This document shows, one piece after another, positions 8,809-14,660 of a DNA stretch of 64,000 nucleotides. The stretch is from a virus. The translations under genes were made by a program, and so were the position numbers. The notes below the pieces were generated by a model. It had not been told where the DNA came from. It did not search any database and saw only the letters and a list, made by a program, of their open reading frames with translations. Location of the stretch: positions 1 to 64,000 of the IMG/VR virus record IMGVR_UViG_3300035180_001563; one strand, written 5' to 3'. Position 1 is the first letter of the stretch, and every line of letters begins with the position of its first letter.

Positions 8809-8837
8809 ATTATATCTGACTTTTATTCCTTAGACAA
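8809..8837 (-). promoter_or_regulatory. sigma70-type promoter for distal tRNA block
   Basis: TTGTCT-17 nt-TATAAT ending 15 nt before the tRNA 5' end. Confidence 0.7.
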
Positions 8838-8875
8838 CCGTTTGCACTACCGGACTGCACTACACTCTGAACTTT

Positions 8876-9115
8876 TCACCGTGTATTTGATGGCCACACG
8901 TCAACAGGTCTACTGTCACCATAAACTATCACATGTACAGTATATAAAAACATCAAATCTGATAGTATTTCTAGTTCAAACCCCTGTCTCGATGTTCGTT
9001 CCATTAAATACAAACTATCGAAGTATGTATAAAAGTGTTGTTTTCCCCACAAAGCGATTAGTCTATCGACTATATGAGGATATAATACTTCTATATCTGC
9101 AACCACACTCTTCAT
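8876..9115 (-). CDS. Hypothetical protein
   Basis: YPHIVDRLIALWG...RQGF motif recalling small proteobacterial proteins; GAGGA RBS. Confidence 0.65.
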   Translation of the reverse strand: MKSVVADIEVLYPHIVDRLIALWGKQHFYTYFDSLYLMERTSRQGFELEILSDLMFLYTVHVIVYGDSRPVDVWPSNTR

Positions 9116-9178
9116 TTGTGTTCCTCAAAAGCTGTTATTTATGTGAAAAGTATACAACACATAAAACACAAAATCAAC

Positions 9179-9442
9179 TCATGCAAACAGAGAAATTGTG
9201 TGATCGACATTGTCTGGCTGTGTGTATGTATTTGCAACACTGGAAGAGGTAGTGTTTTGGGTATTTTCTACAATACTTGGTGTTGATACCAAATCAGACC
9301 CATTAACTTTGGTTGTTTTATTTGTTAAATTTTTTACTGCAGTTTCAAATATATGTTGTATAGGAGGAGATATCTGTCCTAAATTAACAACATACCCCTC
9401 TTGCTTAGCTGCAAAAACTTCTGCTTGTGCTTGTAATCTCAT
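9179..9442 (-). CDS. Hypothetical protein (start uncertain)
   Basis: 87-aa ORF; frame stays open further upstream. Confidence 0.45.
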   Translation of the reverse strand: MRLQAQAEVFAAKQEGYVVNLGQISPPIQHIFETAVKNLTNKTTKVNGSDLVSTPSIVENTQNTTSSSVANTYTQPDNVDHTISLFA

Positions 9443-9572
9443 GATTTCAGCATCAACACCTTTGAGAGAATTTTGAATAGTTGTAGTCTCATAGTGGTTA
9501 TTTGCTATAAATTGATTAACAGCTTGTTTAAATTTAAGGTCAGTAATCTTTACGGTTAGGCAAAAATAATTT

Positions 9573-9812
9573 TCATTGCATCATCTTATATGCTTCTTCT
9601 CCACTAATAACCTTTTTAGTTACAGTCGCATTAATTTCTTTACCAGTCATGTACTTACGTGCTTCAAGCGAAGAGTCAAACGGTCCAATAAGTGTTGGTT
9701 CCACAGTATCCATATACACGTAGAACTTATCTTTTTTAATTCCCCTAGCATCAATAACATTGGTTCGTTTTAAGTTATAAACAGTTTCGGATATGATGTC
9801 AGCTAGTTTCAT
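9573..9812 (-). CDS. Hypothetical late protein with MKLxDII.E leader
   Basis: CATAAATA late-promoter-like motif and AGGA RBS upstream. Confidence 0.7.
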   Translation of the reverse strand: MKLADIISETVYNLKRTNVIDARGIKKDKFYVYMDTVEPTLIGPFDSSLEARKYMTGKEINATVTKKVISGEEAYKMMQ

Positions 9813-9847
9813 TTTAGTTTTTCCTGTATTTGTACATATTTATGCTC

Positions 9848-9922
9848 TGGGGTGCCCAACCGGGTTTGAACCGGTGATGACGGAATCACAATCCGTAGTG
9901 TTACCACTACACTATGGGCACC
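9848..9922 (-). tRNA. tRNA-His(GTG)
   Basis: G-1, ACGGA-TTGTGAT-TCCGT, CCA. Confidence 0.92.
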
Positions 9923-9931
9923 ATTAACACA

Positions 9932-10999
9932 TCACAATAAGGTCGTCATTAATTTTTTCCAAACTTTAGATGTTTTATTTGAGTACGATTTCAAATTCAA
10001 ATAGTGTATATAACGATTAAAAATAGACATTTCATATGATCTCACCAATGCACGTTCTATAGAGTATTGGTCAGTTGGATCAGCAATAAACCACGAAGAT
10101 GCCCATGGAACTTCATTGCTTACAACAACAGGAACACCAACGTTAACCAAATCCGCAGCTACAATATTAAAAGTCTCACTAAATGATACTTGCATACCAA
10201 CATCCATAGTTGCACACAGTTTAAGAAAATCATCTCTAACCATCCAGGTATGCTCTATCAATTCATGTCCATTTTGAGATTGTCTATCAAACAATCGACG
10301 GAGGTTGTGAAGGATTGGTTCACCTTTCATTTCTAATCGATTTGCATTAATGTGAAATTTGAGTTTTTTTCCTAACATATTTGCAACATGAATTGCAGCT
10401 AAGGCTTGTTGTAAGTGATTTTTTAAAGGTCGGATAGCCCCAAAACATCCAATGTTAATATACTCTGATTTTGTATTGATGATATGTGTTAGTGTATTGT
10501 CAATTGGGTAATAATTAGGCATGTATATGAATTTTGACTCTAACTTCTGTGGAAGATGTAACTTACACAAACTAGACATCATTCTTGGTGAATTTACACC
10601 AACAAATACATTAGCATAATCTAAGTAATCGGTTATCCAAGCATAAGCAATACCTTCTTGTGCCATGAATGGTACTTCGCTGTGAATTCTAACTACCCAC
10701 TTTACTGTCGGATGAAGTTTTTGGAGGATTTCAAATTTATCCGGAACCACCCACAAGGCTTCAATTATAACAACTTTTGGTTTATGTTGAGTCACGATCC
10801 GATCTATACAGTTATTATCAACAGCAACTTCAACTTCAGAAGAAATCCCCATCCCATTTAACATATCATTCACATATGACGCCGAATTCAGCAAACCTGT
10901 AGATAATCCTTTTGGTTCATCAAAGTGTTTGACACCATAACTTTCTTTTCTTTTTAAAATAAACAGCACGTCAGACATTTTAGTCTCCTTGGTAAACAC
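9932..10999 (-). CDS. GT-B fold glycosyltransferase
   Basis: IGCFGAIRPLKN, SFSETFNIVAAD, GVPVVVS; probable start at MSDVLF after AAGGAG. Confidence 0.75.
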   Translation of the reverse strand: MFTKETKMSDVLFILKRKESYGVKHFDEPKGLSTGLLNSASYVNDMLNGMGISSEVEVAVDNNCIDRIVTQHKPKVVIIEALWVVPDKFEILQKLHPTVKWVVRIHSEVPFMAQEGIAYAWITDYLDYANVFVGVNSPRMMSSLCKLHLPQKLESKFIYMPNYYPIDNTLTHIINTKSEYINIGCFGAIRPLKNHLQQALAAIHVANMLGKKLKFHINANRLEMKGEPILHNLRRLFDRQSQNGHELIEHTWMVRDDFLKLCATMDVGMQVSFSETFNIVAADLVNVGVPVVVSNEVPWASSWFIADPTDQYSIERALVRSYEMSIFNRYIHYLNLKSYSNKTSKVWKKLMTTLL

Positions 11000-11078
11000 T
11001 TATTTATCAAAGATATGGAGGTGCTTTAAAATATATTTTTGGTAGATATCCCCAAAATGGGATACTAAAAATATAACA

Positions 11079-11486
11079 CTACACTTGTGCAGATAGTTGT
11101 GTATTTCTTGAATTGTCTAATGCTTTATTTCTTTGAATATTGCGTTTTGTTTTATTTTGATTTGGAGTTAACCACTGCAAATTCTTAACACTGTTGTTTC
11201 TGGTATTGTGGTCAATATGATCCACCTCCATATCTGCAGCTTTAGGTGAACCCAGAAAGGCGAAGGCGACAATCCGACTAACGCGAACATGTTTACTTAC
11301 ATTATTTGCATGTAAATGCACCCGCATATATGGATTTTTTTTATCATTTCCAAAATGTTCTTCTTGAGCTAAGAGTTTCTTTGTTTTTGCCGATCGAACT
11401 TTTCCAGATCTTGATACTTCATATCCTGGCCAACCAACAACGGGCTTCCAGGTACTTTCTGCTTCAAATAGATCAATCAATTTCAT
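11079..11486 (-). CDS. NUMOD4-HNH endonuclease
   Basis: WKPVVGWPGYEVSRSGKVRS; VDHIDHNTRNNSVKNLQW. Confidence 0.88.
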   Translation of the reverse strand: MKLIDLFEAESTWKPVVGWPGYEVSRSGKVRSAKTKKLLAQEEHFGNDKKNPYMRVHLHANNVSKHVRVSRIVAFAFLGSPKAADMEVDHIDHNTRNNSVKNLQWLTPNQNKTKRNIQRNKALDNSRNTQLSAQV

Positions 11487-11513
11487 TTTGTACGTCCTGT
11501 TAACATATTGTAT

Positions 11514-11750
11514 TTATATGGATGAACAACATAACAACAATTTAAGAATACTGATAACTTGATGTGCATATTCTTTACCATACACGTCAATCAATGTATA
11601 TTCAATTTTATCAATTGTTGTTTTTATGTTCCATCCATGATCCGTGGATACTTTATAAAATTCCAACCAATCCACTACACAATCATGCTCTTTAATTTGA
11701 TCTACAATAATGTCAAGAGGAATACCAAGAGCCTCTGAGTGTTTGAACAC
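11514..11750 (-). CDS. Small protein resembling an alanyl-tRNA synthetase helical segment
   Basis: INGLDVFKHSEALGIPLDII...VVDWLEF vs AlaRS pattern LxGxxAFKLYDTYGFPLDLT...VDxxGF. Confidence 0.45.
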   Translation of the reverse strand: MFKHSEALGIPLDIIVDQIKEHDCVVDWLEFYKVSTDHGWNIKTTIDKIEYTLIDVYGKEYAHQVISILKLLLCCSSI

Positions 11751-11864
11751 ATCTAACCCGTTTATTACTCGTTTTCCGTCCGTAGTTATACCAACTTGTC
11801 TTAATCCGTAGTGTTTTTTCCATTTGCGTTTAGCATCTCCCTACCCTCCTTGTCGTTAAAAGTT

Positions 11865-11938
11865 TGGAGCTTGATGAGAGAATCGAACTCTCACAGCATT
11901 CATACCAAGAATGTAGTCTACCATTAACCTAATCAAGC
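11865..11938 (-). tRNA. tRNA-Thr(GGT)
   Basis: CATTC-TTGGTAT-GAATG, G1-C72/C2-G71, CCA. Confidence 0.9.
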
Positions 11939-11946
11939 ATATCGTT

Positions 11947-12023
11947 TGGAGGTGATGGCCGGAATCGAACCGGCATGATCCTTGTTATGAGCAAGGCGGT
12001 ATTACCTTTTCACCCACATCACC
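11947..12023 (-). tRNA. tRNA-Met(CAT), elongator type (Ile2 not excluded)
   Basis: CCTTG-CTCATAA-CAAGG, paired 1-72, CCA. Confidence 0.85.
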
Positions 12024-12025
12024 AA

Positions 12026-12099
12026 TGGCAGACCACCAGGGAATTGAACCCCGTCCAACGGCTTTGGAGGCCGCGGTGCTTCCGTAACACTTGTGGTCT
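12026..12099 (-). tRNA. tRNA-Trp(CCA)
   Basis: GCGGC-CTCCAAA-GCCGT, G73, CCA. Confidence 0.9.
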
Positions 12100-12131
12100 A
12101 TTAAGTTAAAGCACAATATTTTATTATCATT

Positions 12132-12207
12132 TGGGGGGGCATACTCAGATTTGAACTGAGTCCAACGGAATCACAATCCGCGATGCTGCCATTACACCAT
12201 ACGCCCC
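12132..12207 (-). tRNA. tRNA-His(GTG)
   Basis: GCGGA-TTGTGAT-TCCGT, CCA. Confidence 0.9.
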
Positions 12208-12217
12208 ATTGAAACAT

Positions 12218-12299
12218 TGATTGTAGCGGAATCGAACCAACTAGCCTGTGACACAGACCTACTACCAACTCAGTTGCTTGCAAGTCAACTTTACAATCA
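12218..12299 (-). ncRNA. Asp-like tRNA derivative with extra 5' hairpin, no CCA
   Basis: TGATTGTA/TACAATCA stem, AGTTGGTAG, GGTCT-GTGTCAC-AGGCT, GGTTCGATTCC. Confidence 0.55.
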
Positions 12300-12302
12300 G
12301 TG

Positions 12303-12376
12303 TGGAGCCATCTGTCAGAATCGAACTGACGTATCAACGGTACGAAGGTTGTGTAATACCACTATACGAAGACGGC
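12303..12376 (-). tRNA. tRNA-Thr(CGT)
   Basis: Cloverleaf, loop TTCGTAC, C31:C39 mismatch, CCA. Confidence 0.85.
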
Positions 12377-12386
12377 ATATTAAAAT

Positions 12387-12461
12387 TGGTGCTCCAGCGA
12401 GGATTCGAACCCCGTTCCACTTCCTTACAAGAGAAGGCTTCACCGTCAAAGTTTCTGAAGC
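12387..12461 (-). tRNA. tRNA-Thr(TGT)
   Basis: CTTCT-CTTGTAA-GGAAG, CCA. Confidence 0.88.
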
Positions 12462-12520
12462 TTATGTTTTTGGTAGGTAGACGATCTCAGAATCGAAAGA
12501 CTACCTATAATGATTCTATT

Positions 12521-12597
12521 AGGTAGGGCCCCGCGGAATCGAACCGCGACCATCTGCTTTTCAGACAAGCATGCTCACCAGTTTACACCAGAGCCCT
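12521..12597 (-). tRNA. tRNA-Phe(GAA)
   Basis: Loop CTGAAAA, strong T arm; weak anticodon stem; ends ACCT rather than ACCA. Confidence 0.75.
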
Positions 12598-12604
12598 ATA
12601 AATT

Positions 12605-12759
12605 AATTCGCTCGTCATTTAGGTTGATCAAGACCTCTTAATGAAAGAGTAGCTTACTCTCCAGTCGTATTCGGGGTGGGAATCGAACCTCACTCCTGCC
12701 CCACATATAGAGGCCGTGCAACCATTACACTAAACCGAAAGTTGTCTTGCTTGCGAATT
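12605..12759 (-). ncRNA. About 155-nt RNA enclosing a tRNA-like domain
   Basis: Outer stem AATTCGC/GCGAATT; core 12670-12739 with D, anticodon-like and T arms. Confidence 0.55.
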
Positions 12760-12834
12760 TGGCACCGTGTATGGGAATTGAACCCATCTCATCAGCTTGA
12801 AGGGCTGAGGATCTCACCAGAAATCCAACACGGT
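12760..12834 (-). tRNA. tRNA-Glu(TTC)
   Basis: TCAGC-CCTTCAA-GCTGA (C33), G73, CCA. Confidence 0.85.
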
Positions 12835-12907
12835 ATTAATTTTTTGTATTGATTATTGCCAAGGATGTTGCTAACTACACCCTTGTGACTTCTACCAGTA
12901 CACTGTT

Positions 12908-12982
12908 TGGTGGAGGCCCAGGAAATCGAATCCTTGTAGACACAAACATTGCAAGTGTTTGCCATAACCCATTACTGCCCCC
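12908..12982 (-). tRNA. tRNA-Ala(TGC) with reduced D arm
   Basis: G3:U70, AAACA-CTTGCAA-TGTTT, D arm GTAA-TGGG-TTAT, CCA. Confidence 0.8.
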
Positions 12983-12988
12983 ATTGGT

Positions 12989-13067
12989 TGGTCCGAATGG
13001 TCAGCATCGAACTGACATGAATATCTCCGCTCCGGACGGAGTGGCTTACCAATTAGCCCACACTCGG
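12989..13067 (-). tRNA. tRNA-Pro(CGG)
   Basis: C1-G72, A73, CTCCG-TCCGGAG-CGGAG, CCA. Confidence 0.85.
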
Positions 13068-13083
13068 ATTGTAAAGTTGTTTG

Positions 13084-13156
13084 TCGGTCACACAAGCTTC
13101 GAACTTGCACCTTCCTCGCCCCAAACGAGGTGGACTTCCTATTATCCCAATGACCG
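13084..13156 (-). tRNA. tRNA-Pro(TGG), CCA not encoded
   Basis: CCTCG-TTTGGGG-CGAGG, C1-G72, A73. Confidence 0.85.
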
Positions 13157-13191
13157 ACAAACAACTCTAATGTTTATATCGAATTTGTTTG

Positions 13192-13266
13192 TCTAGCGGG
13201 GAGACTTGAACTCCCATGATAACCGCACTCCAGATGCGGTGGCTTACCAAATTAGCCAACCGCTAG
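13192..13266 (-). tRNA. tRNA-Pro(TGG), CCA not encoded
   Basis: CCGCA-TCTGGAG-TGCGG, C1-G72, A73. Confidence 0.85.
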
Positions 13267-13316
13267 ACAAACAAATCCAAATTTTTAATGAACAGGTTAA
13301 AACATTTACGGCAGAC

Positions 13317-13348
13317 AAAAAGAAGGGCCACTTTTTGGTGTGGCCCTT
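13317..13348 (-). terminator. Intrinsic terminator (attenuator) ahead of the tRNA array
   Basis: AAGGGCCAC-ACCAAAAA-GTGGCCCTT followed by CTTTTT. Confidence 0.88.
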
Positions 13349-13373
13349 GGAAACTTTCTGGAAAAATTCTTAT

Positions 13374-13475
13374 TTAATCTTCCCAACCCTCTCCAAGGGC
13401 ACACACAGGCATCGCTGGGGCAGTCCATGCCTCTGCGGGTGTATGCTCAAAAGTAAAAAAGGTTGCAAATGTCAT
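13374..13475 (-). CDS. 33-aa leader peptide MTFATFFTFEHTPAEAWTAPAMPVCALGEGWED
   Basis: GGAG (13485-13488) 9 nt before ATG; codons 24-28 complementary to terminator 5' arm; below ORF-track size cut-off. Confidence 0.85.
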   Translation of the reverse strand: MTFATFFTFEHTPAEAWTAPAMPVCALGEGWED

Positions 13476-13531
13476 TTAGTAAATCTCCAATAAATTAGGT
13501 TTTGTTAAGCTTTTGCTCAACTGTTGAATCA

Positions 13532-13560
13532 ACTATATATAATCTATTTATAAAAGTCAA
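13532..13560 (-). promoter_or_regulatory. sigma70-type promoter of leader/tRNA operon, with embedded TATAAATA
   Basis: TTGACT-17 nt-TATAGT; A-tract region upstream. Confidence 0.8.
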
Positions 13561-13770
13561 CGAAAAGTTTTTTATTTTTCTTAAAAAATACTTTTTCTTA
13601 AATTCGGGATATTTCATTCCATCTAAGTCTTGTTTAACCTGTGCTTCTAACTTTTTTGTCTGTTCAAACAAGATCTCTAAGTTTCATAGATGAATTTAGA
13701 GTAACAAAAGGTTATGGACGTTATCCTGCAAATTTCTCTGTGCCGGAAGCTGCGTTCCCAAATCGATGAT

Positions 13771-14178
13771 CTATCGGATGTGACAATTTTTCAATGATTG
13801 TTCAATTCCTACACTAATTAGATAATGACTGTCAACATAATGAGGATTGGCCTTAATAAGTGATGAGGCTAATTCCTCAGCTTTATTAACTGTTGTAAGC
13901 ACATCGTTGATATGATACTGAGCTTGATGTTCTCTTTTGTCGTTTAACACTGTAAACACCCAAAAAACCTCATTAGTGTTTTGATCCATCTCAATATCAA
14001 ATTCAATATACCATCCAGGTTGATGAAGATACATCAAAGCATGAACAAACATAGAAGCAACTTCTTCTATGGTTTTGCCGTACTCATTTTGAAGACCCTG
14101 ATTGAGGTCTTCTTGAAATTCAAAATTAAGTTGTGGTTCTGTACTTTCGTTATTCACAAACGAACTCCAAATTTTCAA
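13771..14178 (-). CDS. Hypothetical protein
   Basis: 135-aa ORF with TTG start. Confidence 0.55.
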   Translation of the reverse strand: MKIWSSFVNNESTEPQLNFEFQEDLNQGLQNEYGKTIEEVASMFVHALMYLHQPGWYIEFDIEMDQNTNEVFWVFTVLNDKREHQAQYHINDVLTTVNKAEELASSLIKANPHYVDSHYLISVGIEQSLKNCHIR

Positions 14179-14223
14179 TACTATAATACAATAATCTGAG
14201 GTATACTACAAATATTTAAATTT

Positions 14224-14649
14224 TTACACAGCTGCAAGAATCGTATTAATACGGTCTTGAGTCAAAAGTCCTGCTGAAACCAATGCAGCCATACCGGCAA
14301 TTGTTTCTGGATCGGTTACATCGATCGATTCCGCAATCTTAAACATGTCTAACCATACCTCTACTGGCACAATGGTTTTAGCTGCTGTGTATATACTTTG
14401 GAGCTCAGCTGTTGTAAAACGTTTCATTATTTCTAATTTTGTGAATACGGTATGTACATTACTTGGGCTGACGTACTCATTATCAGCGTATGTGTTATCT
14501 GGTTGTCTGAACTGACCCATCGTTACCGTATCAGGTGCATCAACAATTATAATGTCTGAACCTAATATGCTATTTTGTTCAACATATTCTGATGCAGATG
14601 AGACTGTTAGTATTTCAACGATTTGATCTTTGTGTAAACGTACAAGCAT
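14224..14649 (-). CDS. Fibre-associated small protein, paralog of 45565-45993
   Basis: FTKLEIMKRFTTAE...DVTDPETIAG...GLL C-terminus; follows a fibre gene. Confidence 0.7.
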   Translation of the reverse strand: MLVRLHKDQIVEILTVSSASEYVEQNSILGSDIIIVDAPDTVTMGQFRQPDNTYADNEYVSPSNVHTVFTKLEIMKRFTTAELQSIYTAAKTIVPVEVWLDMFKIAESIDVTDPETIAGMAALVSAGLLTQDRINTILAAV

Positions 14650-14660
14650 TGTAGTATCCT

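Noticed and set aside
12760-12834. Opal suppressor or Sec tRNA (TTCAA in the loop)
   Set aside because: The 5-bp stem centres TTC (Glu), there is no long variable arm, and ORFs show no sign of stop-codon recoding.
12908-12982. tmRNA (GGGGGC...CCTCCACCA with reduced D arm)
   Set aside because: Only 75 nt, with a TGC anticodon arm and no tag reading frame.
8126-13196. Short tracked ORFs overlapping tRNA genes (e.g. 8408-8593, 8604-8810, 12101-12526, 12849-13196)
   Set aside because: Incidental open frames across GC-richer tRNA sequence.
13206-13493. Plus-strand 95-aa ORF over the leader region
   Set aside because: Antisense to tRNA-Pro and the attenuator; promoter, RBS and U-tract all point to the minus strand.
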